Shown one piece after another: positions 14,235 to 28,173 of a stretch of 64,000 nt of DNA. Source of the stretch: Chrysomallon squamiferum. Its lineage: Eukaryota; Animalia; Mollusca. Positions within the stretch are counted from its first letter, which is position 1. Each line of letters opens with the position of its first letter. Location of the stretch: positions 248,001 through 312,000 of the forward strand of contig CM022669.1 in the NCBI GenBank assembly GCA_012295275.1, read 5' to 3'. A program made the translations under genes and the position numbers. Below the pieces are notes generated by a model, which did not search any database, was not told where the DNA came from, and saw only the letters and a list, made by a program, of their open reading frames with translations.

Positions 14235-17200
14235 CTTGTTCATGAATTGATTTTCACTTAATACATTAAAAATAAACTAGATTTTTTACTTGTAAACAAT
14301 ATCTACCTAGGGATTAATGTACAGAAATTATTAGAGTTAGTGGTATCATACTAGTTGGTGTTTTTTAAAATTATTATTAATAATATGATTATATCATCAA
14401 GTGTTTATATATATATATATACATATACATATATACACATACGCTCATTCACATCCACATACATGCAATCTAGATGTACACACACACAAACACACATACT
14501 GAAACACACCCAAAAACACATTAATACATATATAAAATTAATACAGCTTTAACCAAGGTTAATTTCTATTTAGTAATACTGCTTCTAATTTTTTTCCTTT
14601 AATTCAAATGTTTTTCAACACTAGTAAAATAATAAACCTATTAAAACATTTCAAAAAGTGTTTAATTAGCAACCTTTCTTTGAATTTTATATATTCAGCC
14701 TGAAGTTTTGTTTATATAATAAGAAATTTTTAGAACAAAGAAAAAATAGGAGATATTTCTAAATATATACAAAGTTTTTTGATGCCCTTCTGATCTTCAT
14801 GGAGGTTGTGGAAGCAGGTTATTTTTAGCTGAGCTGTGAGTTTAAACCTGTTCAACTGTGGTATTTCCACTGTTAACTTGAAACCAAACCCACTTCATCC
14901 CAACACAGCCTATGCCTGTCTGTACTCTTCTAATCTGAAAGTTCATCTTTCCCCAGACTTACTGTATCTTTTTACCAAATATTCTAACAGAACCACAATT
15001 TTAGAAAATGGAAAAGGAGTGATCAGTATAGGTATATAAATTCAAATTGATCAAATCATTTCTAAAAATGCGATTATCTCATTGTGATAGGTTTCCAGAT
15101 GAAGTTTGTGTGTAAAGACTTTTTTTAAAGATGTAATATGTCTGCCAACTGTTAGCTCCCTACAGGTATGTGCAGGCAGAAGACGACTGTAAAAGTATTC
15201 TGGTTTTTTAATCATATATTTATACAAAAACAAGCAATTTATACAGAATCATTATTTAACATTAACATATATCAAAGAGAAAATCATATTTAATTAAAGA
15301 AACTTTTGGAGCAAATGTAAAAAAAATAATCATTGGTAAAAATGTTCCCCCTCAATTTTAAGTAAATTATTAAACCTCCATCACCATCATTACCATCATC
15401 ATTGTTTCTAAACATCATAACAGTGACATTTAGCTGACTGCTTACAAATCTAAGCTATCAGTTTAAAAAGAGATCTATTCCCTGAGACTTTAATATGCAG
15501 ACTGTTAGCCTGCCTGTAGTTGTAGCACCACACTGTTATCTGTAATGTTTCAAACTGAGCATTTTTAATTAACTCTGTCAGCTTCTGGTGATATCGCTTA
15601 ATTAATCTGCTGGATTTTAACTATTTCAGTAGGTGGCAGGCACTGTGCTCTTTTTGTTTATTGTACTCATGTCTTGGCTTTGTTGTGATTGTATCTTTGA
15701 GTGGTTGTTTGTGTCAATGTTTGTTTGTGTGTCATTTGTATATGTTTACTGGAGTGTGAATGTGCTAACGTGTGAATGTGTTTGTGTGCATCAGTTTCTG
15801 TATATGTTTGTGTGTATATGCATGTATTTTTGTATATATGTAACAATATGTGTGTGAGTGTGTGAAATTACAAAAACACATTCCTGTTTAAATATCTTCA
15901 GTTATTAACACACTGCTGGCAATCAGAATAATTTGTGTAACAAAATAAGTCTGAGTGAATAGAGCATTAATTAAATCTCATAGTATTCATAAATTTACTA
16001 CATATAATATTTAGGTATTTGTTGAGATAACACTCTTTATTGAATAACACTTATTGATACAGTGAAATATATTAATATTTGTTTGGTTTGTACATGGCTG
16101 TTTTGGGCAGCTATGCTATATCTACCTGCTGGTATACATGAAAGCATAATAATAAACCCAAGTAAAATGCAATAATAATCATTTGAAAAATATATGTTAT
16201 ATGTAATTATTATAATTGTTTAAAATGTTTTTTATTCTAACAAAAATACCAAAATGATTATCATTAGAAAAAATAAAAATTTCTACTGTTACTCATTTTG
16301 TAAAATATTAATTATATATTTATTCATTATTTTTATTTATTTGTATTTATTTACTGAAATATTTTTAATTCATTTTATTTCATTTATTTAAGTGTGTTTC
16401 TTTAATTTGTTTAACTATTATTTTATTGATTTATTTACCTCAGAATTACTTATTTCAACATTGTAACCTGTCACATTTTGTTGCAACTATTTTCTGTGTT
16501 GAAATATGAACAGATTCAGAATTATGAAAACTGAGCTATTGTCAACTACTAACAGTTATAACACTTTCTTTGTTTATATATTTTATGATGTATTAATATC
16601 TTTAGAAATTTTAATTTCAAGCATATATTTATATTTAATTGACAACTGTTTTAACACAATATTTAATGTTACATATTACAGAAACCTATCTACAAACCTC
16701 TGCTACAAGTTTCCTTGCTTTATATCATACGTACCAAGTTAAAAACTAATTAATGAAATCTTCTAAAGTGATTACAAATTTATTTTGTATAAATTTACAA
16801 AATATGACATATATATGTGTTTTGTAAATTACTGCTGTTTTAACATATCAAGAACTTTTAAATTATATTTTGATGTGATATTAGTATTGTTTTGGAAATA
16901 CTGACAATTTTAAAATTATTTTAATATATATCATGTTTATTATATTCATTTCTATATATTTAAAAATATATTAAATTTATTATCACCAAAATAATTTAAT
17001 ATATGTTGTTGATATTACTTTGAACATTTTTGCAATATTAGTAATTTTAGAAATAATTATTGCAAATGTATTTTTACCTCTTGTGACACTAAATGCTTTG
17101 TTTTTAATATCAGCAAGTTACTATGTTACTTGATGAAATGATAATCAATAGATATTAGAGAATGTATAGCCCAATTAGCAGAAAAAAATCCTGTTTTGAT

Positions 17201-19010
17201 CATATTCTATAGTTAATTGACCACTGCCACACTAACTTAAACTCCATTGTTACCAGTTTGTATCAACAAGGATAATAACTCCCTGTGTATGTAGTAATTA
17301 TTGATGTTTGCCAATAATTCAGAGATATATGAAATATGCAATTAGCTAACAACTGTAATTATCTTTTTGTAAGTAAATCAACAAATAAAAAGGCTGTGGA
17401 AGTGATTTTCCAACTGGTACTTTGTAAAGATATAAATTTAAAAAATAAAATAAAATAACTAATCATAGAAAAATACTGTGCTCAATACTAACACCAAATT
17501 TTTAATAGTTCTTTTTTGGGGGGTACTTTGTTGCTTTTTTTTCTCTTTTTAGATAACTTTATTTTTAAAATTTTAACAAAAGTGAAGTTTTATTTTGATT
17601 TGTTGTAAGTTTATATATTTCATTTATAAATTTTGAACTAAATTCTTTCCATATTTTATTACTTTGTTATAAGACTTCTTTTTTACTTTTCTATTTTAGA
17701 TATTTAATTTTATTTATTTATTTATTTTTCTGCTGTTGATTATTATAGCATCACATACACACACACACACACACACCAGTATAAAAAAAGAAACTGAAAA
17801 ATAATGTCCCCAACATTTTATATGATAATTTCATTTTTTAATTCTCAGTTGTAAAAAAAATTAAACAGGTAAACTCCAAATTATTCTTTATAGCAGTATG
17901 ACTTGCTGCATTTAGAAATGGCATTAAAATAGCATAAAAATAATATAATGTACTATGTAATTTTAAATATTAAAGGAAGTCAGTCATGGCTGAGTAATGT
18001 AGCACAGTGAGTTTCAGTTCTTGTAATTCCATATTCATCAAAGTTCTGTTTTAAACAAACAAGGACATATGTGGAAATCCCTTTCTTCTACTTTGTCTGT
18101 CTCAGAGAAATAATAAAATGTTATTCTCAAATGGTAATGAACTTTCTTTCATTATCTTCTCCTTTTATCTAAACTAACATTTTCCTTATCCTTAAAGTGA
18201 CTAACTTTGATAAAATAAAATCAGATCAGCTGAAAATAGTGCAGTAATAACATTACTTAAAACAAGTTATATATATATCCAGTCCTTGAACATGTAAGAA
18301 CTGAACATTTACAATACAATTTTGTGCTATGGAAATCTATAAGATTCAGACACATTAGATGAAGTTTGCAATTTTCTGTCAAGAATACCTTGAATAAACA
18401 TGAACTGATTTACAATAAAGAAATGAAATGAATAAATTATGAATTTTTTATTTAAAAAAAGGTTGAGTGTACAAAGCAAAGGTTGAGTGTAAGAATCATA
18501 AAATATTTTCTAAGTCTTTCTGCTCCTACTTCTATAAGTACACATTTAGACAGTACAGTTCAATTTATCATTTTGTTGTTTCACTTGAGTTAAAGCAAAC
18601 AGCTCATACAGAACATAGCATGCACTTAGTTTCTTCTGTTAATTAATGACTGTTGGAAAACAAAATCAATCGTTTTTGGCTTAACATACCTATTCTTTGC
18701 CAAACTGGGCTTGCAGCCTGGTGATGTTAATATTACAACTTGAATCAATAATCTCTACCCAGATCAATAATCCACTCAGAAAAGGATTAGCGTAATTAAT
18801 ACAGGTAATCATTTGCTAGTCAGCCAGGTAGAAAATCTGAGATATTGCATTTATTAATGAAGTGTTGTTGTTTTATGTTTGTTTTATACTTCAGAATATC
18901 AATATTTGTAAATGATTTTATTTATTTATCAGTGTCTGGGTGTTGTTATGTTAGTGTTTATTAGGTATCTGTTACTATATTAATAAATTATATTAATAAA
19001 TGTTTATTAA

Positions 19011-20249
19011 ATGTTTATTAACTGTCCAGTGTCAGTTGTTATATTAGTAAGTGTTTATTAACTGTCCAACGTCAGTTGTTATATTAATAAGTGTTTATTA
19101 ACTGTCCAGTGTCAGTCGTTATATTAGTAAGTGTTTATTAACTGTCCAATGTCAGTTGTTATTTTAGTAAGTGTTTATTGACTGTCCAGTGTCAGTTGTT
19201 ATATTAGTAAGTGTTTATTAACTGTCCAGTGTCAGTTGTTATATTAGTAAGTGTTTATTAACTGTCCAATGTCAGTTGTTATATTAGTAAGTGTTTATTA
19301 ACTGTCCAGTGTTAGTTGTTATATTAGTAAGTGTTTATTAACTGTCCAGTGTCAGTTGTTATATTAGTAAGTGTTTATTAACTGTCCAGTGTCAGTTGTT
19401 ATATTAGTAAGTGTTTATTAACTGTTCATTGTCAGTTGTTATATTAGTGTTTATTAACTGTCCAGTGTCAGTTGTTATTTTAGTAAGAGTTTATTAACTG
19501 TTCATTGTCAGTTGTTATATTAGTGTTTATTAACTGTCCAGTGTCAGTTGTTATATTAGTAAGAGTTTATTAACTGTTCATTGTCAGTTGTTATATTAGT
19601 AAGTGTTTATTAACTGTCCAGTGTCAGTTGTTATATTAGTAAGTGTTTATTAACTGTCCAGTGTCAGTTGTTATATTAGTAAGTGTTTATTAACTGTCCA
19701 GTGTCAGTTGTTATATTAGTAAGAGTTTATTAACTGTCCAGTGTCAGTTGTTATATTAGTATTTATTAACTGTCCAGTGTCAGTCGTTATTTTAGTAAGT
19801 GTTTATTAACTGTCCAGTGTCAGTTGTTATATTAGTATTTATTAACTGTCCAGTGTCAGTCGTTATTTTAGTAAGAGTTTATTAACTGTTCATTGTCAGT
19901 TGTTATATTAGTATTTATTAACTGTCCAATGTCAGTTGTTATTTTAGTAAGTGTTTATTAACTGTCCAGTGTCAGTTGTTATTTTAGTAAGTGTTTATTA
20001 ACTGTTCATTGTCAGTTGTTATATTATTTTAGTCCAATGTCAGTTGTTATTTTAACTGTTTATTTGTCCAGTGTCAATTGTTATTTTAGTAGTGTTTATT
20101 AACTGTCCAGTGTCAGTTGTTATTTTAGTAAGTGTTTATTAACTGTCCAGTGTCAATTGTTATTTTAGTAAGTGTTTATTAACTGTCCAGTGTCAGTTGT
20201 TATTTTAGTAAGTGTTTATTAACTGTCCAGTGTCAATTGTTATATTAAT
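19011..20249. repeat. minisatellite, 40-bp unit (actgtccagtgtcagttgttatattagtaagtgtttatta), ~31 copies
   Basis: Direct tandem repetition, with 36-bp deletion variants. Confidence 0.97.
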
Positions 20250-21550
20250 ATTAGTTGAATGGAAAATATCTATTGTTATAATTGTCCATTGTTTGTCGTT
20301 AAGCTAATATCTATTTAATGTCCAATATTTTACAGTTGTATTTTTTGTTGTTTGTGTTTTCATTATTATTGTTTATTAATTGTCTTTTTGTGTTATGTTC
20401 TGAGTGATTTTTATTGTGTACATTTGTATTACGTTGATCAGTGTGTAGTCTCCCTCATCAGCTCTGTTAAGTATATGTAAAGCATTAGATTTCATGTTTT
20501 ATATTTTTTAAATTTCACCTCATATTCTTATTGTAATTATATTCACTAATTTATAGCATTTATTACATCAAAACCATTAATACAACATGTTGGATGGTTG
20601 CTAGGTTTTCAGTTTCATTTAATAACTGGTAGGAAATGAAATGTCTGTATGTCTGTTTATATACCAATTCCATGAAAAACAGTTACAGTTTCAAAGATCA
20701 GTGTCTTTCTGCCAATGTATTTATACAGCAACGATTTAGAGGAGATTTGTTATACTAATGAAACAATGGAGTCAGTGAATGTGAAAAAGATGCCAGAATT
20801 AGTGAGTGATTTATTTCACATGAATGAACACTGATAGTTGGTGTGACAACAGGGTTCAGTACATTTTGTTCATCATTTTTTGTTTTGTTTATTTATTTCA
20901 GTATGTTTCTCTCTCCATTTTGTCTCATTATTTTCTGTCTTTTTTCTTTTTCTGCTTTCCTTTATTTTATTCTTTATTTCTGCTACATTCTTCCTTATCC
21001 TTCTTTTATTTTTTTATTTTTGTTTATTTTATGTTTATTTATCTTTTTATTAATTTTTCTTTCTTTACTTTTGTTTTTTAATTATTAATATTATCATTAT
21101 TATTGTTATGAAAAACACTTTCTTTATTATTAAGATTAACATTTTTGTTTATTATTATTTTTAGTTTTGTTATTACTGTTACTGCCATAGCTGCTAATAA
21201 TAATAAAAAAAAACATTTATAGAAAAGAAATAATTAAAAAAAATGCTATGGTTGTTGTTAGAAGAAGAAGAAGAAGAAGACAGTAATGCTTGTACAAATA
21301 AAAATATAAAAACAATATAGGAATAAAATAATATTTTAGAAAATCATTAACTGTGATGCTCTGTTTCTGTTACTAACACATAGTTAGTGCAATTAATAAA
21401 GACATTAAGTCTTCACTGTAAGAGTTTTACTTATCTTTACAGTCTGTCACAGTCTGCTGATTTGAAATGTGAACTGGGTTCTTTAGCTGCGATTTGTCTT
21501 CTCATTGAGAGCTTTGCCACCTGCACTTTCCATAAGGCCTTAAATCACTA

Positions 21551-21594
<44 letters not shown>

Positions 21595-22781
21595 TAAAAG
21601 TAGCAAAATGAGCTCTCTACCTTGAACCAATCTATTTCTTGAAACTGAATTTACTTCTTGTAAGAGGCAGACATCAGTTTGATGTGACAGATAGAAATAC
21701 AAGTGTGATGTCAGACAGCTGTTACAGGGTGCTTCTTTCCAGTCTCAAGCCTGATCAGTCCTTGTCAAGTTCATAGTTGGCTGTTTTGCCCTCCAGCCAG
21801 CAGTACATAACTTGCTAGTATGGGGACAGTACACATATAAAAAGGTTTAATACTGGTACAGGTTGTCATTAGATACCATAAATTTAAAAAAAAAGAAAAG
21901 AAATTAAATATGGTAAAGTCAAAATTATATCTTGTAAATGTAGATTCAGATAAAAACAAAAAAGAAGTAAAATGTAGACTTTTTGGCAGAATATATATTC
22001 AGACCAAAAATCTTTGTTGGCACAAGATAAAATAAAAAGATCCCAGACATAATTTTTTTTTCTTTTTTTCATGCTAGATAATTTTATTAAAATATTTTAA
22101 ATTTCATATTAATTTTTGTGAATTGTTTATGTGCTGTTTGCATTTAACATTAAAGTGGTATGGGTGGAAAGATTCCCTTTTCACAAAACAATCACAGAAT
22201 AAATTGTTCAGAATGTCATTCTGCAGTAATTCCAACCAGATTTATCAGACAACTGATTTATTCATGAAGTTTAATCTCTTCAGTATGTGTTTTGCATGGT
22301 TGAAGTAAAATGGCTAAAATTAAGTTCCTGACTGTCAGTGACCTAAATCATGAAATTACCTTTATATTACAAAATATAATAATAAATAAATAAATAAACA
22401 AATAAATCCAAAAACCTATCTAGTAATCTAAATTCATGTTCAGCTTTAATGAGTTCTGTGTTTAGAAAGTACATAACAATATCTCTTTTTTCCTTCTTTT
22501 GTTTTTGAAATTATTTTTTTATATATTTTCTGCAGCTCACATATTGCCTGTGTTTAATTATTAATGTTGAACTTAACAATCTTTGGAGAATCAGATTTTT
22601 TCTTTATTTATTTTGACCTAGATGAAAATAGTCAAAACATCAGTTTAACAGTCTTCTTTATAACCATGCTCCTTTAGTACATGTCCTTTCTATAAACACA
22701 GATGAACTTTGTACGTTTATGTACCATTCAACAACAACAATAATAAACAGTAATAATACTAACAATACTAACAATACTAAT

Positions 22782-23126
22782 CAGTGGTGTCCCCGCATTT
22801 GTGAAAGGAATAGAGGGAATCGGTGTAACTGGTGCAAGTTAAAGGAAGGGACGGTGCAGAAAATGTTTAGGGTACAAGTACTTTGAACAATGTTCAAATT
22901 ACTTGTTTGTCAAAAATAATTGCATCAAATGCATTAACTATTAATAAATTTATGTTATTTGCAAATAAATAAAATCAAAGTGTCTGTTTTATTTGTTATA
23001 CAAAACAAAGTACACTAAGTAAACGGGTGGTGAATATTGCTGCCGTTGGTGACGAATGGTGAGTGAACTCGTAAGTCGTATGTGATGGTGGGTCCACATC
23101 TCTTACAGTGTGTAGCAAGACCTCTG
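22782..23126. mobile_element. probable old MITE-like insertion
   Basis: GC- and CpG-richer block with CAG...CTG ends (weak IR CAGTGGTGT / CAGAGGTCT) and CTAAT on both flanks, inside an ACTA-rich simple repeat. Confidence 0.35.
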
Positions 23127-24049
23127 CTAATACTACACTACTACTACTACTGCTACTAAAAGTAGTATATGAATAAATAATTAGTAATAATAATAAATAA
23201 TAATGACTGCAATACCTTTTTACACAATGTTAAGTATTATAAACAAAGACTGCACATGTCGTCTCCTAGTTACAATACTAAAGACTCACAAACAAGCACA
23301 CACTGCAGATGTCATACACAAACTATGATATTCTGAGTTAGCTTATTACAGTCAGTGGTTTAAATAATAGCTTTTTATTTATGAAAAATTATTCTTTAAA
23401 ATGAATCAATATGTGTAGAGTTAATTGTAAACGTTCCAGGTATTTTGGGTGTGAATTTTATTCATTTAAGATAAAATAAATTTATCAGTATATAGATGAT
23501 TTTATTCTATATAGTCTACATTGTTATAAATATGATATATACTGTTGATACAATATTTCATTTTTATAGATCTATCTATGTTAGTTGGTAGGCTATAAAT
23601 GTGTTATGGTTTCAAATTTAGATAGTAAATCTGCTTTTATATGCTAAATACATATTTTAATCATTTTAAAACAAAAATCTGAATCTTTTGGATGCTTGTC
23701 TTTAAATTTATGAAAAATCTTGTTCTTTGTTTATAAAGAGTTTGTTAAAGAAAAGATAAGAAATTTGTTAAACAGTTAAAGAGATTTTGTTCTGATTGTC
23801 ACATCTCAGAGTACACATCTTTTCTTGATGTAAATTATAACAGATCTTTTTACAAAATTAAACACAAAAATATGAGAATAAGAAATCAGCTAATGTAAGA
23901 TAAGATTTGTAAATAATTAATGTTCTGTATCAGTAACATGGGAGTGGATGGGTATCTCTTTCTGAACAGATTGGTTTGTTTATTTCGGTATTAGACATTG
24001 TTACTATTTATTAAAATTTGTATTAATAACTAAAATACTTTCTGTGAAA

Positions 24050-24088
<39 letters not shown>

Positions 24089-24496
24089 TACATATAAAGA
24101 TTAACTTAATGACATTATTAAAAACCTAATGTTCAGTGATATAATGTTAAGAACAATCAGGGGAATTATTCTTATAAAACTGACTGGAGGGCAATTTTTC
24201 CTGCCAAGGATTTTTCATGGAGTATTATAATTATCATGCCATAAAATATAAGGGAGAGATTATGCTCAGCCAGTGAAAAAGTGGAGATTATGTCAATGCA
24301 AATAATATAAAATATCTGGTAATATGATCATGCTTGGTGTTATCATAGACATGCAGGGTACACACCATTCTGCTAACAGCCAGTATTATCAGTGTCATTA
24401 TAAAATTACACACTCTTTGTTCCCTTTTTAAATGTGTTGATGTGAAAATGACATATTTCTCACTGATGCATGGCCAGTAATAAGTAGTAACCACTA

Positions 24497-25425
24497 CAAA
24501 CACAGCAATAGTGAATGAACATCATGTTATGTAACACAAACATAACAATAGTGAATTAATTAACATTATGTTACATAACACAAATATAACAGTAGTGAAT
24601 TAATTAACATTATGTTACATAACACAAACATAACAATAGTGAAATAATTAACATCATGTTACATAACACAAACATAACAATAGTGAATTAATTAACACCA
24701 TGTTACATAACACAAACATAACAATAGTGAATTAATTAACATGTTACATAACACAAACAACAGTGAATTAATTAACATGTTACATAACACAAACATGACA
24801 ACAGTGAATTAATTAACATGTTACATAACACAAACATGACAACAGTGAATTAATTAACATGTTACATAGCACAAACATAACTAATGAATTAATTAACATG
24901 TTACATAACACAAACATAACTAATGAATTAATTAACATGTTACATAGCACAAACATGACAACAGTGAATTAATTAACATGTTACATAGCACAAACATAAC
25001 TAATGACCATGTTAATTAACTAATGAATTAATTAACATGTTACATAACACAAACATAACTAATGAATTAATTAACATGTTACATAACACAAACATAACTA
25101 ATGAATTAATTAACACCATGTTACATAACACAAACATAACTAATGAATTAATTAACATGTTACATAACACAAACATAACTAATGAATTAATTAACACCAT
25201 GTTACATAACACAAACATAACTAATGAATTAATTAACATGTTACATAACACAAACATAACTAATGAATTAATTAACATGTTACATAGCACAAACAACAGT
25301 GAATTAATTAACATGTTACATAACACAAACATTTTAATTAACATGTTACATAGCACAAACATAACAATAGTGAATTAATTAAAAATAAACAATAGTGAAT
25401 TAATTAACATGTTACATAACACAAA
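24497..25425. repeat. minisatellite, ~33-42-bp unit (gaattaattaacatgttacataacacaaacataactaat)
   Basis: Tandem repetition. It explains the repetitive ORFs 25012-25362 and 25037-25378. Confidence 0.96.
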
Positions 25426-25834
25426 GAACTTATCTCTTCTCTGTGAAGGCTTGTTTGATGACTGGCAAATAGGTTTTTTAATTACTTATTAAAATAAACA
25501 AATTAAATTACTATAATTTATTTGAAAAGAAATAGTTTGTGATATCTAATTAAAATAAATATATTAAAGAAGTACATTTGTTTTATTTAGTGCATTAGTA
25601 ATTTTATTCATATATATCTATATGTTTATTAAAAAAGTAACTAGGTAAGATAAATACATTTACTTTTTTACTCTTTTGTTTATCAATTTCTGAATCTTTA
25701 TTTCACCTGCCTTCATTTATAAATATATATTTATACTATTTCTCTACTATTTATCAGGAGGTGTTAATGTCCACATCTCTCCGAGTTTCTCCCTGTGTGT
25801 CTCATTTTATTTTATTTTAACATATACTCTAAGG

Positions 25835-25880
<46 letters not shown>

Positions 25881-25985
25881 CAGTGTTTAAAAATAATAAT
25901 GAAAGAGTAAATCTATTGTAAAGTATAACCCAGTTTCAGTCATTCACCTCATTTCATAATCATATGACTAGTCCAGTGTCCTCCA

Positions 25986-26255
25986 ACTAAAACTACCAGT
26001 ATTGGACTAAAATCAACAAAGTTGGACTAAAACTACTAGTGTTGGACTACAAATATCAGCATTGGACTAAAACTACTAGTTGAACTAAAACTACTAGTTG
26101 GACTATAACTACTAGTGTTGGACAAAAATCAGCAAAGATGGACTAAAACCACCAGTGTTGGATAAAACCACCAGTGTTGGACTAAAACTACCAGTTTTGG
26201 ACTAAAATCATGAAAGTTGGACTAAAACCACCAGTGTTGGATGAAACCAGTGGAC
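25986..26255. repeat. minisatellite, ~20-bp unit (ttggactaaaactaccagtg)
   Basis: About 13 diverged tandem copies. Confidence 0.9.
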
Positions 26256-27441
26256 CAAATTAACCTTTTGTTTTTCTGTACAATCCTTTTTGTTACCTTA
26301 CCTAATTTGTCTTTTACTACATTTTTATATAAGCCCCTTGTTAAGTGAACGCTATTAAATCATACATTCTGGCATTAAACCTGATATTTATATTATTGTT
26401 AATCAGCATGACTAATACAAAATAATCTGTATGTTACTCTTCAGCTAGTTGATCTCTTTCTCTGCATGTAGCCTGTATACATTACTTACTGGAAACCTCT
26501 TGAATATTTTAGTTGGTGTCTTTTTAAAATTTTGTTTTATGTTATGTATATTTGTGTGTATGTGTGCACATGGGCACATGTGCATGTGTGTGTTATTTTT
26601 TGTCATCATATTTTTATTAATGACAGCTTGTAATTTTTTTATTTATTAATTTATTATTCTTGTTTGTTCTTATTCTGTTATCAAAGTAACATATGTTCAG
26701 TTGTTTTCTTTGATTTTTTATTTATTTATTTATTTTCTGTTTTTTTCTGTCAGGTCGTTGTTCTGTTATTTATATTTTGTTTTGTTTACTTTTATTGAAA
26801 GTTTACATTTTTCATATTTATTTATTAATCTGTTATTCTCATTTATTGTTATCTTATGTTTGTGTACATTTTAAAGCTTTTGTGTTCTTTTCTTTCTCAT
26901 TTTCACTCCTGTGATAATTTTTATTAATTTTTTTTATTTCTTTTATTAACATCTACATGATATTTATTTAGAATTTTCAGTGTAATGTATTTCTTTAATT
27001 GTTTTATTTCAATGTATCGCTTTTGATTTGTTTTTGATTTATTATATCAGTTTATTGTATTTAATAATTATTATTAATTGATGTTTTTAATCAAATCGTT
27101 AATAAATGCATTTGATTTTTTCTTATTAATTTTTTGATTTACAATTTACCTAATATACCTCGTTATTTAAACACTATCTCTGCTTCTGTGTGTCTGTGTG
27201 TGTATTTATACTTCCTTTTTTACATACTCAGATATAATGATTTATATTTATACATGCATACACATATAAATCTATATGTATATATAAATACACACAGACA
27301 TACACACAACTTTATATTCATCATGTATGCAGTTTAATTTTAAAATTAATAATTTATATTAAATTTTTTCTTCTGTTTGACAGGTGAAAAGAAATCAGAT
27401 ATAGACACCATTATGAATCCGTGATCAAACAGTCTGTCAGG

Positions 27442-28173
27442 ATGGCAACATATGAACATACAGATAGCTACAGTGATGGTTATGTTGCAGAGTTTGTACC
27501 CATCAATGGTACCCCCTGTAAGAGCTGGCTGCTGCTCCCTGCCGAAAACTTATGGCCCGAAGCTCTTCGAGGATTTCTGTACATCATTGCAATGATCTAC
27601 CTCTTCATGGGTATCGCCATTGCATCTGATGTGTTTATGTGTAGTATAGAAGTAATCACAAGCAAAAAACGAATAATAGTTCGCTGGGATGAGGAGAAAC
27701 AAGAGAAAGTTGAACGGGAAATCCTCATTTGGAATGAGACTGTAGCCAACTTGACTTTGATGGCTTTGGGAAGCAGTGCTCCTGAGATTCTTCTAGCAAC
27801 CATTGAAGCGATCACACGACTTGAGGCCACAGATGTCATTGATGCTCTTGGCACATTCACTATCATAGGCAGTGCTGCATTTAATCTGCTGATTATCACT
27901 GCCATCTGTGTGGTGACAGTTCCTACTCCAAATGTGAAGAAGATCAAGGAGTTTGGAGTGTTTCTGTTGACTAGTGTATGGTCTATCTGGGCCTATCTGT
28001 GGATGTTGTTGGTGGTAAAATTTATTACTCCAGGGGTGATTGATGTCTGGGAGGCATTTGTCACTCTAGGCTTCTTTCCTACCTTTGTCATCATGGCATA
28101 CTGCCAGGATAGTGGCTGGTGGATCTGTAAGACTAAGAAGGTTGAGGGTGTTGAAGATGAAGAAGATGATATG
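27442..28173 (+). CDS. NCX: Na+/Ca2+ exchanger (SLC8/NCX family), first coding exon: N-terminus, TM1-TM5, alpha-1 repeat (244 codons)
   Basis: Translation contains [23 protein letters not shown] and [12 protein letters not shown] (alpha-1 repeat) and the NCX-type [10 protein letters not shown]. The acceptor ttcttctgtttgacag ends at 27383. ATG is at 27442. The donor ATG|gtgagt is at 28174 (phase 0). The rest of the track ORF to 28287 is intron read-through. Confidence 0.96.

Noticed and set aside
19011-20249. Regular 40-bp array (also the 56-bp array at 32751-33570) as a possible CRISPR array
   Set aside because: Units are contiguous with no unique spacers, there are no cas genes, and the context is a eukaryotic intron.
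25012-25378. Repetitive ORFs on both strands
   Set aside because: Translation of a minisatellite whose unit lengths are multiples of 3. No splice or coding evidence.
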